Shown piece by piece: positions 19,096 through 29,353 of a stretch of DNA of 64,000 nucleotides (its first letter is position 1; every line of letters begins with the position of its first letter). This DNA comes from Alphaproteobacteria bacterium (GTDB taxonomy: Bacteria; Pseudomonadota; Alphaproteobacteria; SP197), in the NCBI GenBank assembly GCA_964291415.2, contig OZ219920.1, positions 416,001 to 480,000 on the forward strand, in the 5' to 3' direction. The notes below the pieces were generated by a model. It was not told where the DNA came from, ran no database searches, and saw nothing but the letters and a program-made list of their open reading frames with translations. The translations under genes were made by a program, and so were the position numbers.

Positions 19096-21290
19096 CAGGA
19101 TGTCTCCCCCGCGCCGGCCATGGTGTCCGGCAACCAGCGCTCGTGGACCGTTCGGACACTCTCAATCGATATGGGCCGGCCGTCATCGACTGTCAACACG
19201 TCGCCGCCGGTGCGCCCCAGAACCGCGCACGCGACACCGGCGTCGTCGGCCGCGGCGGCGATCGCCTTCCCGGCGCAAGGCGAGGAGACGACATAGCGCC
19301 CCTGATCCTCGCCGAACCAGAAGGCGTGGGCGGCAACCGATGCGTCGGGCCGCCTGACCGAGAAACCGATGCCCGAGGCCAGGGCCATCTCGGCGAGGGC
19401 GACGAGAAGACCGCCATCCGAGACATCGTGGCACGTGGCGAGGCCGAGGTCGCGGACCAGGCCGAGAACGAGTTCGCCGGTGCGCCGTTCGGCGTCGAGG
19501 TCGACAGGCGGCGGCGGGCCGTCTTCCGCGCCGGTGATTTCGCGCAGCCACAGGCTGGCGCCGAGGTGACCCGACGTGTCGCCGAGGAGATGGATGGTCT
19601 CGTCGGCGCCGCCGAAGGCAAGGGATGCCATGCGGTCGAGATCGTCGATGAGGCCGATGGCGCCGATGGTCGGCGCCGGCTGGACCGCCTCTCCCCGGGT
19701 CTCGTTGTAGAACGAGACGTTGCCGGAGACGACCGGCATGGCGAGCGCCCGGCTGGCCTCGGCAATGCCGTTGACCGATCCGACGAAGGTTCCCATGACG
19801 GCGGGAGATTCCGGGTTCCCGAAATTGAGGCAGTCGGTCACGGCAAGCGGTCGGGCGCCGACGGCGACGAGGTTGCGCCATGCCTCGGCCACCGCCTGGC
19901 GGCCGCCCGCCTCGGGGTCGGCTTCGCAATAGCGGGGCGTGGCATCGGCGGTCATGGCCAGACCCCGGTCCCCGGGAAGCTCGATGACCGCGGCATCGCC
20001 GCCAGGCGGGGCAACGGTGCGGCCCATGACCAGATGGTCGTACTGTTCCCAGATCCAGCGCCTCGATGCGAGGTCGGGGCAGCCTGCAAGAGTGAGGAGC
20101 GCCGCTTCCACGGTCACCGGAGATGCGGGAACGCCGACCGGCGGGCGCGGTTCGGGAAGGGTCCAGGGACGCTCGTAGAGAGGTGCCTCGTGGGCCAGGG
20201 GGCCGATCGCGATATCGGCCTCGACACGGCCGTTCATGGTGACCACGAGGCGCCCGGTCGTCGTGATGCGGCCGATCGGTGCACAGTCGAGGTCCCACTT
20301 GTCGAAGATTCCGCGGGCATGTTCCAGGGCATGCTCGTGAATCACCATCAGCATGCGCTCCTGGCTCTCCGAGAGCATCATCTCGTAGGCCGTCATGCCG
20401 GTCTCGCGCTGTGGCACGGCGTCGAGATCGAGGTCGATGCCTGTCCCGCCCCGGGCGGCCATTTCTACGGCGGAAGACGTCAGTCCGGCCGCTCCCATGT
20501 CCTGGATGGCGATGATCGACTCCGAGGCCATGAGTTCGAGGCACGCCTCGAGGAGGAGTTTCTCGGTGAAGGGATCGCCGACCTGCACGGTCGGTCGTTT
20601 CGCCTCGGCTTCGTCATCGAACCCGGTCGACGCCATGCTGGCGCCGTGGATGCCGTCGCGGCCGGTCTTGGAGCCGACATAGATGACGGGGGCGCCGGGC
20701 TTGCTGGCCGCTGCGTAGAAGATGCGATCCGCCGGCGCGATGCCCACGCACATCGCGTTGACGAGATTGTTGCCGTTGCAGCTGGCATGGAAGGTGGTCT
20801 GGCCGCCCACCGTGGGCACGCCGGTACAGTTGCCGTAGCTGCCGATGCCGCTCACCACGCCCGACACGAGATGGCGCGTGCGCGGATGCGACGGACTGCC
20901 GAAGCGCAGCACGTCGAGAAGGGCAACCGGCCTCGCACCCATGGTGAAGACGTCGCGCATGATGCCGCCGACGCCGGTGGCCGCGCCCTGGAAGGGCTCG
21001 ATGAAGCTCGGGTGATTGTGGCTTTCCATCTTGAACACGGCGGCGAGACCGTCGCCGATGTCGACGACACCGGCGTTTTCGCCGGGACCGCAGATCACCC
21101 ATGGCGCGTTCGAGGCGAGAGTCTTCAGCCAGCGCCGGCTCGACTTGTAGGAACAGTGCTCGCTCCACATGGCCGAGAAGATGCCGAGTTCCGTCAGATT
21201 GGGCTCGCGCCCCATGTGGTCCAGGACCCTCGCGTATTCGTCGGCCGTGAATCCGTGGCGCGCCGCGATGTCGGGAAGGACCGCATTCAT
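19095..21290 (-). CDS. purL: FGAM synthase subunit PurL
   Basis: WSEHCSYKSS, ESHNHPS, QDMGAAGL, SESQERM, HDVSDGG. Confidence 0.98.
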   Translation of the reverse strand: MNAVLPDIAARHGFTADEYARVLDHMGREPNLTELGIFSAMWSEHCSYKSSRRWLKTLASNAPWVICGPGENAGVVDIGDGLAAVFKMESHNHPSFIEPFQGAATGVGGIMRDVFTMGARPVALLDVLRFGSPSHPRTRHLVSGVVSGIGSYGNCTGVPTVGGQTTFHASCNGNNLVNAMCVGIAPADRIFYAAASKPGAPVIYVGSKTGRDGIHGASMASTGFDDEAEAKRPTVQVGDPFTEKLLLEACLELMASESIIAIQDMGAAGLTSSAVEMAARGGTGIDLDLDAVPQRETGMTAYEMMLSESQERMLMVIHEHALEHARGIFDKWDLDCAPIGRITTTGRLVVTMNGRVEADIAIGPLAHEAPLYERPWTLPEPRPPVGVPASPVTVEAALLTLAGCPDLASRRWIWEQYDHLVMGRTVAPPGGDAAVIELPGDRGLAMTADATPRYCEADPEAGGRQAVAEAWRNLVAVGARPLAVTDCLNFGNPESPAVMGTFVGSVNGIAEASRALAMPVVSGNVSFYNETRGEAVQPAPTIGAIGLIDDLDRMASLAFGGADETIHLLGDTSGHLGASLWLREITGAEDGPPPPVDLDAERRTGELVLGLVRDLGLATCHDVSDGGLLVALAEMALASGIGFSVRRPDASVAAHAFWFGEDQGRYVVSSPCAGKAIAAAADDAGVACAVLGRTGGDVLTVDDGRPISIESVRTVHERWLPDTMAGAGETS

Positions 21291-21961
21291 GACAGGCTGT
21301 CGACAATGCCCTGGAAGAGGGGCAGGGCGTCCCGGCTCTGCTGGCGGGGTCCGGTGGCATCCTCGGGGTGCGGCATCATGCCCAGGACATTGCCGGCCTG
21401 GTTGATGATGCCGGCGATGTCGCCGGTGCTGCCGTTGGGATTGCCTGTGCCGCGGCCATCCGGGACATAGCGGAAGACGACGCGGTCCTCATCCTCGAGC
21501 CTCCGGGCGAGGTCCGGATCGGCAAAGTAGTTGCCGTCCCCGTGGGCCACCGGAACCCGGATGATGTCGCCCACGCCGAGATGTCCGCTCAGGCGACAGC
21601 GCCTTTCGAGGCGCAGGCGAACGGTCCGGCACACGAATCGCAGCCCGGCATTCCTCAGGAGCGCACCGGGGAGGAGCCCCGCCTCGATGAGAATCTGGAA
21701 TCCGTTGCACACGCCGAGAACCGGAACGCCGCGTCCGGCGCTTTCGACGATGGCCGCCATGACGGGCGCGCGCGCCGCCATGGCGCCGCAGCGCAGATAG
21801 TCGCCGTGGGAAAATCCTCCCGGGAGCACGACGAGATCGGCGGCAGGAAGCTCCCGGTCGCGATGCCATGCGGTGACGACCTCGGCGCCGGCCCGGCGCA
21901 GGGCGTCAGCCATGTCGGTTTCACGGTTGGTGCCTGGAAACAGGACGAGAACGGCCTTCAC
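21287..21961 (-). CDS. purQ: FGAM synthase glutaminase PurQ
   Basis: PGGFSHGDYLR, GVCNGFQ, MMPHPE. Confidence 0.97.
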   Translation of the reverse strand: MKAVLVLFPGTNRETDMADALRRAGAEVVTAWHRDRELPAADLVVLPGGFSHGDYLRCGAMAARAPVMAAIVESAGRGVPVLGVCNGFQILIEAGLLPGALLRNAGLRFVCRTVRLRLERRCRLSGHLGVGDIIRVPVAHGDGNYFADPDLARRLEDEDRVVFRYVPDGRGTGNPNGSTGDIAGIINQAGNVLGMMPHPEDATGPRQQSRDALPLFQGIVDSLS

Positions 21962-22027
21962 CGGTCCGGTCCCGCACCAGAGAGGGGGTGCTGACCGCTG
22001 AGATGGCCGGCCTGCGCCATGATCGGT

Positions 22028-22267
22028 TCAGACGAACTCAATTGTGTAGTCTTCGATCACCGTGTTGGCGAGCAGCTGCCGGCACATGCGGTCCACCTGC
22101 TCCCTGGCCCCGGCCTCGTCGGCGCAGGCGAGTTCGAGATCAATGACCTTGCCCTGGCGGGCATCCGTGACGCCGGCGAACCCCAGGGTCTCCAGGGCGC
22201 GGTGAATGGCCTTGCCCTGGGGGTCGAGAACACCGTCCTTGAGGGTGACGTGCACGCGGGCCTTCAA
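22028..22267 (-). CDS. purS: FGAM synthase subunit PurS
   Basis: TTG start [19 protein letters not shown]...[10 protein letters not shown]. Confidence 0.95.
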   Translation of the reverse strand: MKARVHVTLKDGVLDPQGKAIHRALETLGFAGVTDARQGKVIDLELACADEAGAREQVDRMCRQLLANTVIEDYTIEFV

Positions 22268-23019
22268 CGTCCCGGCACCTCGGAGAGATTGTTGAGTTCG
22301 GAGAGAATCCCCAGGCGCGTCGCGACCTCGCGGTAGCCCTCGACGACATTGTCGAGATCGCGGGCGAAGCGGTCCTTGTCCATCGGTTCGTTGGTCCGGG
22401 CATCCCACAGGCGGCAGCTGTCCGGACTGATCTCGTCGGCCACCACGAGGCGCATGTCGTCCTCGTGGTAGAGACGACCGAAGGTCAGGCTGAAATCGAC
22501 GAGGCGGATGCCGACACCGGTGAAGAGCCCGGTCATGAAGTCGTTGACCCGCATGGAGAGGTGCACCATGTCGTCGATATCGTGGGTGGAGGCCCAGCCG
22601 AAGGCCGTCATGTGCTCCTCGCTCACCAGGGGGTCGGCGATCTCCTCCGAGCGAAGGTAGAACTCGATGATGGAACGCGGCAGCACGGTCCCTTCCGCGA
22701 GCGAGAACTTCTCGGCGAATTCTCCGGCGGCGATGTTGCGGACCACCACCTCGACAGGCAGCACCTCGACCTCATGGATGAGCTGCTCCCTCATGTTGAG
22801 GCGCCGCACGAAATTCGTCGGTACGCGGATCTCTGTCAGGCGGGTCATCAGGTACTCGCTGATGCGGTTGTTGATGACTCCCTTGCCGTCGATCACACCG
22901 ACTTTCCTGGATCGGCGGACCCAGGCGGAATCCTTGAAGTGCTGGACGAGGAGGCCCGGGCCCGGGCCTTCGAAGAGGTCCTTTTCCCTGCCTTCGTAAA
23001 CACACCTGCGACGAGCCAT
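22264..23019 (-). CDS. purC: SAICAR synthetase homolog with degenerate active-site motifs
   Basis: Full length and in the canonical purC position ([34 protein letters not shown]), but with DFSLTFG for DFKLEFG and other substitutions. Confidence 0.85.
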   Translation of the reverse strand: MARRRCVYEGREKDLFEGPGPGLLVQHFKDSAWVRRSRKVGVIDGKGVINNRISEYLMTRLTEIRVPTNFVRRLNMREQLIHEVEVLPVEVVVRNIAAGEFAEKFSLAEGTVLPRSIIEFYLRSEEIADPLVSEEHMTAFGWASTHDIDDMVHLSMRVNDFMTGLFTGVGIRLVDFSLTFGRLYHEDDMRLVVADEISPDSCRLWDARTNEPMDKDRFARDLDNVVEGYREVATRLGILSELNNLSEVPGR

Positions 23020-23255
23020 GCGATGGTTCCCGTACCTGATGTGTGCCGTGACGAACCGCTTCCTACCCTAAAGTCCCGCCCTCTTCAACACAATGGACTG
23101 TGTCCACAGGAGGGATCATCCGTCACATGCTGAGAGTGCCCGGCATGACGCCACGGCGTTGATGACGGGCCGGGAAGGACGACGGTTCCAGCGGACAAGA
23201 CAGGACCCTCCCAATGGGCTTATAGTCCACGAATTGTTCGGCGAGGAAGGCTGCC

Positions 23256-23576
23256 ATGGCACTGTTTGATGATCGCGAGAAGGGTGAGGAAAGCAAGTTC
23301 GCCCGTAACGAAGACCTCAAGTTCAGGATCACGGCACGGCGCAACAAGCTGCTCGGGCTGTGGCTTGCCGGCGAACTCGGCCGCAGTGGCGAGAGTGCCG
23401 AGGCTTACGCCCGGGAGGTCATCGAGGCGGACTTCGAGCGCCCCGGTGATGACGACGTGGTCGACAAGGTGCTGGCGGACATCCGCGAAGCGGGTCTCGA
23501 CATTGACGAGCACAAGGTCAGAGCACGCCTGAAAGCCCTCGAACGGGAAGCCGAAACCCAGGTCCGGTCCGAATAG
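23256..23576 (+). CDS. DUF1476 family protein (ATP synthase zeta-like)
   Basis: FDDREKGEESKFA...ARRNKLLGLW; usual position between purC and purB. Confidence 0.92.
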   Translation: MALFDDREKGEESKFARNEDLKFRITARRNKLLGLWLAGELGRSGESAEAYAREVIEADFERPGDDDVVDKVLADIREAGLDIDEHKVRARLKALEREAETQVRSE

Positions 23577-23591
23577 GCCCGAAGCGTCCGG

Positions 23592-24899
23592 TTACGTCGC
23601 GGCGTCGGGGACGAGCGCCCGTTCGATGATGGCGCTGGCGTGCCGCGTGAAGAAGCCGTAGTCGAAGAGGCCGTCGAGGTCCCGCGCGGCGAGGATCTCC
23701 GTGATGGCCGGATCGCCTTCCAGTCTGGCCCTGAAATCGTCACCTCCCTCCCAGGCGGCCAGGGCGTGGCGCTGCACCATGGCGTAGGCCGTCTCGCGGC
23801 CGATGCCCCTGTCGATGAGGGCCAGCAGGACCCGCTGGCTGAAGACGAGTCCCCGCGTCGCCTCGAGGTTGTCGCGCATGCGTTCGGCATGAACCACGAG
23901 GCCTTCGACGACACCGGCGAGCCGGTGAAGGGCAAAGTCGAGGCCGATGGTGGCGTCGGGAGCGATGTTGCGTTCCACGGCGGAATGGGAGATGTCGCGT
24001 TCGTGCCACAGGGCGACGTTCTCCAGGGCCGGCACCACCGTCGAGCGCACGAGGCGCGCCAGGCCCGTCAGGTTTTCCGAGAGCACGGGGTTCTTCTTGT
24101 GCGGCATGGCCGAACTGCCCTTCTGTCCGGCGGCGAAGGCCTCCTCGACCTCGCGCACCTCGGTGCGCTGCAGGTGGCGGACCTCGACGGCGAGGCGTTC
24201 GACGGAGGTGGCCACGACGCCCAGGGCGGCGAAGAAGGCCGCGTGGCGGTCCCGCGGAATCACCTGGGACGAGACGGATTCCACCTTGAGGCCGAGCTGT
24301 TTCGCGACATGGGCCTCGACGGCCGGGTCCACCGTCGCGAACGTTCCCACCGGGCCCGAGATGGCGCAGACCGCGATTTCGTCGCGTGCCGTCTCGAGGC
24401 GCCGCTTCGCCCGGGCGAACTCCGCATGGTGGCCCGCGAGCTTGAGACCGAACGTGGTGGGCTCGGCGTGAATGCCGTGGCTGCGTCCGGCGCACAGAGT
24501 CGCGGCGTGTTCGCGGGCCCGCCGTGCGAGGGCGTCGAGCAGGTGGTCCGTGTCGGCGATGAGGAGCGTGGCGGCATCCTTCAGCTGCACCGCCAGGGCG
24601 GTGTCGAGGACATCGGAGGAGGTCATGCCCTGATGCAGCCAGCGGGCCTCGTCGCCCACCTGTTCGGTCACGCTCGTGAGAAAGGCGATGACATCATGGC
24701 GTGTCTCGCGCTCGATGTCGTCGATGCGAGCGACATCGATGCGGCCACGCTCCCGTGCGGCCTGCGCCACGCCTGCCGGAATGGTGCCGGCAGCTTCCAT
24801 CGCCTCGGCGGCAAGGATCTCGATGTCGAGCATGATCCGGAAGCGGTTCTGCGGTTCCCACAGGGCGGCCATGGCCGGGCGGGTGTAACGGGGAATCAT
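23592..24899 (-). CDS. purB: Adenylosuccinate lyase
   Basis: MIPRY start, RHDVIAF, GRSHGIHAEP, GSSAMPHKKNP. Confidence 0.97.
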   Translation of the reverse strand: MIPRYTRPAMAALWEPQNRFRIMLDIEILAAEAMEAAGTIPAGVAQAARERGRIDVARIDDIERETRHDVIAFLTSVTEQVGDEARWLHQGMTSSDVLDTALAVQLKDAATLLIADTDHLLDALARRAREHAATLCAGRSHGIHAEPTTFGLKLAGHHAEFARAKRRLETARDEIAVCAISGPVGTFATVDPAVEAHVAKQLGLKVESVSSQVIPRDRHAAFFAALGVVATSVERLAVEVRHLQRTEVREVEEAFAAGQKGSSAMPHKKNPVLSENLTGLARLVRSTVVPALENVALWHERDISHSAVERNIAPDATIGLDFALHRLAGVVEGLVVHAERMRDNLEATRGLVFSQRVLLALIDRGIGRETAYAMVQRHALAAWEGGDDFRARLEGDPAITEILAARDLDGLFDYGFFTRHASAIIERALVPDAAT

Positions 24900-26887
24900 G
24901 TCCGTGCTCTCCGCCGGCGCCGCCCCGTTCCTGCTTGCTGCGCCGACGCCTTGCGCCGGGGGAGAGAGACGACCTCGGAAAGGCAGGGATAGGCGGCCGT
25001 CCTGTGGGGGAGCGCCATGGCATCGACGAAGTGCTCCTGAAACTTCGGCTCCACCGCGGTCTCGATCTTCTCGATACGCCGCACCTCCCGTTCGAGTTCC
25101 TTTCTGAGGGCGCCGTTGAGCAGGGCAATGCGCGCGCCGGTTCCGGCGGCGTTGCCGGCCGAACCGGTGTTTTCGAGGGGGCAATCGGGAATCAGGCCGA
25201 GGACCATCGCATGGCGCGTGTCGATATGGCTGCCGAAGGCGCCGGCCAGGGTGACGCGATCGACCGTGTCCACGCCCATGTGATCCATCAGCAGCCGGGC
25301 GCCGGCATAGAGCGCACCCTTGGCGAGCTGGATCTGCCGGATGTCATTCTGGGTGACGACGATGGGTGACGTTCCCTGGTGGAGGACATAGGCGAAGGTG
25401 CGGTCCTGCGGGATGATGCGCGGCGTGCGGCCGGCCATGGCGCCGTCAATGATCCCGTCCTCCGTGAGCAGCCCGGCGAGGTACATCTCGGCCAGAAGCT
25501 CGATGATACCCGATCCGCAGATTCCCGTCGGTTCGCCGGCAAAGCCCGCCTCGTTCGACCAGTGTTCGTCGCCGATCACCCGGAATGCCGGTTCCAGGGT
25601 TTCGGCATCGATCCGCACCCGCTCGATGGCACCCGGTGCGGCGCGTTGTCCGGAACTGATCTGGGCCCCCTCGAAGGCGGGCCCGGTGGGAGAGGAGGCG
25701 GCCAGCAGCCGCTTGCGGTTGCCAAGGATGATCTCCGCGTTGGTGCCCACGTCGACGATGAGCGTCATCTCGTCGTTGCGGTAGGGCATTTCGGCCAGCA
25801 GGACGCCGGCCGCATCGGCGCCGACATGGCCGGCGATGCAGGGAAGCACGTAGATGCGGCTGCCCGGATTGAGCTCGAGTCCGATATCGCTGGCCAGCAT
25901 GATCGTCGCATCGTCGGTGGCGAGCGCGAAGGGAGCGAAGCCCAGCGGTGTGGGATCGAGACCCAGGACCAGGTGGTGCATCACCGGATTGCCGGCGATG
26001 GTGACCTCGAGGATGTCCTCGAGATCGACACCCGCTTCGGCTGCCGTCTCGCCGGCAAGTTCATTGAGCGCCGTGCGCACGACGTCCGTCATGGCCGCCG
26101 CGCCGTCCTCGTTCATCATCGCGTAGGACACGCGGCTCATCAGGTCCTCGCCAAAGCGGATCTGCGGGTTCATGCGCCCCGCCGAGGCGAGAACGTCGCC
26201 CGTCTGGAGATTGCACAGATGGGCGGCGATGGTGGTCGAGCCGACATCGATGGCAAGGCCAAAGAGCCGGTCATGGAAGCCGGGGCGGATATCGACGAGA
26301 CGCTTGCCGCGACGCACCAGCACCGTGGCCCGGTAGCTGCCCTCCTCGAGAGTGGCGTGGAGCTTCCGCAGGACATGGGCGTCGACCCCGGCGACGGTGA
26401 CGTTCCACGTCTCCTTCAGCGCCGTCTCGAGCCGGCGCAGGTGCGATGCCGGTTCGTGCATGTCCGGTTCGGCGATCTCGACATACATCGCTCTGACCAC
26501 CGGATCGACCTCGACGGCGCGGGCATCGGCGCGCTTGCGGACGATCTGCCGGTGCACCTGGCTCTCCGCCGGCACGTCCACCACAAGATCGCCGCCGATC
26601 CGGGCCTGGCACGACAACCGGCGATTGTCCTTGAGCAACCCGCTGGCCCGCTGGCGGTGTTCGGCGTCACCGAGAGGCGTGAGGTGTTCGCTCGAGGAGA
26701 CTATGCCGTGCTTGGCGAACTCCCCCTCGGCGATCCTCACCTGGCAGCGCGTGCAGATACCGCGTCCGCCGCACACCGAATCGAGGTCGACACCGAGATC
26801 GCGCGCCGCCTCCAGCAAGCCGGTGCCGCGGCGGAACCTCTTTCTCAGGCCCGAGGGCGTGAAGACGACGAGGGGGTCGTCAGCCAC
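24896..26887 (-). CDS. ASKHA-domain reductive activator of corrinoid proteins (RamA/RACo-like) with 2Fe-2S domain
   Basis: CGGRGICTRC...LSC, DVGSTT, DVGTNAE, GPAFEG, GICGSG, LAGAFG. Confidence 0.92.
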   Translation of the reverse strand: MADDPLVVFTPSGLRKRFRRGTGLLEAARDLGVDLDSVCGGRGICTRCQVRIAEGEFAKHGIVSSSEHLTPLGDAEHRQRASGLLKDNRRLSCQARIGGDLVVDVPAESQVHRQIVRKRADARAVEVDPVVRAMYVEIAEPDMHEPASHLRRLETALKETWNVTVAGVDAHVLRKLHATLEEGSYRATVLVRRGKRLVDIRPGFHDRLFGLAIDVGSTTIAAHLCNLQTGDVLASAGRMNPQIRFGEDLMSRVSYAMMNEDGAAAMTDVVRTALNELAGETAAEAGVDLEDILEVTIAGNPVMHHLVLGLDPTPLGFAPFALATDDATIMLASDIGLELNPGSRIYVLPCIAGHVGADAAGVLLAEMPYRNDEMTLIVDVGTNAEIILGNRKRLLAASSPTGPAFEGAQISSGQRAAPGAIERVRIDAETLEPAFRVIGDEHWSNEAGFAGEPTGICGSGIIELLAEMYLAGLLTEDGIIDGAMAGRTPRIIPQDRTFAYVLHQGTSPIVVTQNDIRQIQLAKGALYAGARLLMDHMGVDTVDRVTLAGAFGSHIDTRHAMVLGLIPDCPLENTGSAGNAAGTGARIALLNGALRKELEREVRRIEKIETAVEPKFQEHFVDAMALPHRTAAYPCLSEVVSLPRRKASAQQAGTGRRRRRART

Positions 26888-27791
26888 GGCGCCTGCGGCC
26901 CTCGCGGCGCCGCGCCCGCGCCTGGGCGATGGAATCGCCCGTTGCCCCGGCGCTCGAGTTGAGGGCGATCCACTTCCGGCAGTTGCGGTCCACGCCCATC
27001 ATCACGTCACCGGCGCGGATCGCCGTCATGATTTCGGACTCCAGCGGGTTGGTGATCGCCGATGTCATCCCGCTGGCCATGGCCATGGTGAGGAACGCGG
27101 CGTTCAGCGCCGGGCGGGCCGGCAGCCCGAAGGAGATGTTGGAGGCGCCGCAGGTGGTGTTGACCTTCAGTTCCTCGCGAAGGCGCCGGATGATGCGGAA
27201 ACTGGTGCGCCCTGCCTCGCCGATGGCGCCGATGGGCATGACCAGCGGATCGACCACGACATCGGCCGGAGGGATGCCGTAATCGGCCGCGCGTTCGACG
27301 ATCTTGCGGGCGACGTTGAAGCGTTCGTCGGGGTCCTCCGAGATTCCCGTCTCGTCGTTGGAGATGGCGACCACCGCAGCGCCGTGTTTCGCCACCAGGG
27401 GCAGCACGGATTCGAGCCGCTCCTCCTCACCGGTGACCGAATTGACCAGGGGCTTGCCGACATAGGCCTCGAGGCCCCGTTCGAGGGCGGCGACGATGGA
27501 ACTGTCGATCGACAGCGGCGCATCGGTCAGGGACTGCACGAGCCTGATGCAGTCATGGAGGATCTGCGGCTCGTCGGCGAGCGGCACGCCGGCGTTGACG
27601 TCGAGCATGTGGGCCCCGGCGGCCACCTGGGCCACGGTGTCGGATTCGACGCGGGCATAGTCGCCGTCGGCCATTTCGGCGGCAAGGCGCTTGCGGCCCG
27701 TGGGATTGATCCGCTCGCCGATGACGGTGAACGGACGGTCGAAGCCGATGACGACGGTTTTCGTCGCCGAACTGATCACGGTCTCTGTCAT
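26880..27791 (-). CDS. Methyltetrahydrofolate:corrinoid methyltransferase (pterin-binding module of split MetH)
   Basis: IGERINPTG, LDVNAG, SIDSS, VNSVTGE, DPLVMP, GASNISFGLP. Confidence 0.92.
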   Translation of the reverse strand: MTETVISSATKTVVIGFDRPFTVIGERINPTGRKRLAAEMADGDYARVESDTVAQVAAGAHMLDVNAGVPLADEPQILHDCIRLVQSLTDAPLSIDSSIVAALERGLEAYVGKPLVNSVTGEEERLESVLPLVAKHGAAVVAISNDETGISEDPDERFNVARKIVERAADYGIPPADVVVDPLVMPIGAIGEAGRTSFRIIRRLREELKVNTTCGASNISFGLPARPALNAAFLTMAMASGMTSAITNPLESEIMTAIRAGDVMMGVDRNCRKWIALNSSAGATGDSIAQARARRREGRRRRG

Positions 27792-28876
27792 GCCTTGGCC
27801 CACACCTTCCTGTGCATGTAGTCGGGGATCACGGGATGAACGGCATGCGGAGTGCGTCCCTTGAGCACATCCGACTCCGCAATGATCCAGGCGACACTCT
27901 CCTCCTGACGATAGGCCATCAGGTGTATCCCGGAAATGCCTTCGATATCGCGTATGCGCTGAATGAGTTCAACACACAGCCGCTTTCCTTCCTCTCGTGC
28001 GTCCGCCGCACGGCTCAGCCTGTCGATGACGGCGTCGGGAATGTGGACGCCGGGGACACGGGCGCGGATCCATCGCGCCGCCCGGGCCGAGGCCAGCGGT
28101 CCGACCCCCACCAGGATGAAGCACCTCTCGTGAAGCCCCAGATCGCGCACGCGCTCCATGTAGCGCTCGAGGCGGGCGATGTCGAAGCAGTACTGGGTCT
28201 GCACGAACTGTGCGCCCGCCTCGATCTTGCGCTGCAGCCGCAGAGGCCGGTAGTCGAAGGGCGGGGCGAAGGGGTTGGCGGCGGCGCCGAGAAAGAGTTC
28301 AGGCGGGTGGTCGAGACGGCGCCCCGATGCGAACGTGCCTTCATCACGCATGGTGGAGAGCATGGCGAGCGACGTCATGCAGTCGAGATCGAAGACCGGC
28401 CTCGCTTCGGGGTGATCGCCGCATTCGACGCCGTCTCCGGTCAGGCAGAGGATGTTGGTGACCCCCATCGCCGCCGCCGACAGGACATCTCCCTGGATGG
28501 CGATCCGGTTGCGGTCGCGGGCCGAGATCTGCATCACCGGCGCGTAGCCGACGCGGGTGAGAAGGGCGCACACGCCGAGACTGGACATGTGACAGTTGGC
28601 GCCGGAGCCATCGGTCGCGTTGATGGCGTCGACCCAGCCGTCGAAGATCGCCGCCCGCTCGAAGACATCCATCGGGTTTGCGGAATCGGGCGGCGAGAGT
28701 TCCGCCGTGACGGCGAACTCGCCTGCCCTCAGCACCCGTTCGAGACGGCCGCGCGACGAGTGTCCCGGCAGCCGGTCAAGGGGAGCCCCGGGATCGATGG
28801 GTCCGGGCGACTTCATTGAAGGGAATGCCGGTCCCTCGTTGAGCGGTCCGGTGCCCGGATGGCGCAGGCCCGTCAC
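27788..28876 (-). CDS. metF: Methylenetetrahydrofolate reductase (paralog 1)
   Basis: TAELSPP, NATD, RDRNRIAIQ, CLTGD, KIEAGAQFVQTQ. Confidence 0.88.
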   Translation of the reverse strand: MTGLRHPGTGPLNEGPAFPSMKSPGPIDPGAPLDRLPGHSSRGRLERVLRAGEFAVTAELSPPDSANPMDVFERAAIFDGWVDAINATDGSGANCHMSSLGVCALLTRVGYAPVMQISARDRNRIAIQGDVLSAAAMGVTNILCLTGDGVECGDHPEARPVFDLDCMTSLAMLSTMRDEGTFASGRRLDHPPELFLGAAANPFAPPFDYRPLRLQRKIEAGAQFVQTQYCFDIARLERYMERVRDLGLHERCFILVGVGPLASARAARWIRARVPGVHIPDAVIDRLSRAADAREEGKRLCVELIQRIRDIEGISGIHLMAYRQEESVAWIIAESDVLKGRTPHAVHPVIPDYMHRKVWAKA

Positions 28877-29325
28877 CGCGCGCTCGCCTTCGAACGCTGC
28901 CGCAGGATGCGCAGCCAGGACGACCGCTGAAACAGGCGGTGATCGCTGGCCGGCAGGAGGGCGATGGTGCCGCCCCCCATGTTGCGGTCTCCTTCAACGG
29001 CCTTCACCCAGACACAGGTCATGTCGGGCAGGACCTCGCAGGCGCCGTCGGCGCGCACGCCGCCACAGGGTCCGTTCAGCACGTTCTTCGGGCAGTTGCG
29101 GGGACACGACATGCCGGTCGACGAGAGCACGCAGGCGCCGCACATGCGGCAGTCGAAAAGGGTTCCCTTGATCTTTCGCTCGACGGCGGCGACCGGCCGT
29201 TCGAGGCGTTCGTGGCCGATGAGGCGCACCAGGGGCGCGATGGCAACGATCAGATGCTCGAAGACGACATAGAGACGCGCGAGGCCATGCGCATGGCGAA
29301 CCGACCAGTCTCTCATGGAGCGCAT
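28873..29325 (-). CDS. MTHFR C-terminal/MetV-like Cys-rich protein
   Basis: CRMCGAC...CP.NCPK...NGPCGG....CEV.....CVW. Confidence 0.88.
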   Translation of the reverse strand: MRSMRDWSVRHAHGLARLYVVFEHLIVAIAPLVRLIGHERLERPVAAVERKIKGTLFDCRMCGACVLSSTGMSCPRNCPKNVLNGPCGGVRADGACEVLPDMTCVWVKAVEGDRNMGGGTIALLPASDHRLFQRSSWLRILRQRSKASAR

Positions 29326-29353
29326 GGAGGGACGCCTCCCGCCAGCCTTCGGA

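Noticed and set aside
19143-21470. Long antisense ORFs (for example 19143..21470, 32007..34211, 42473..44596, 51516..53039)
   Set aside because: Shadow frames of GC-rich genes on the opposite strand, with no recognisable motifs.
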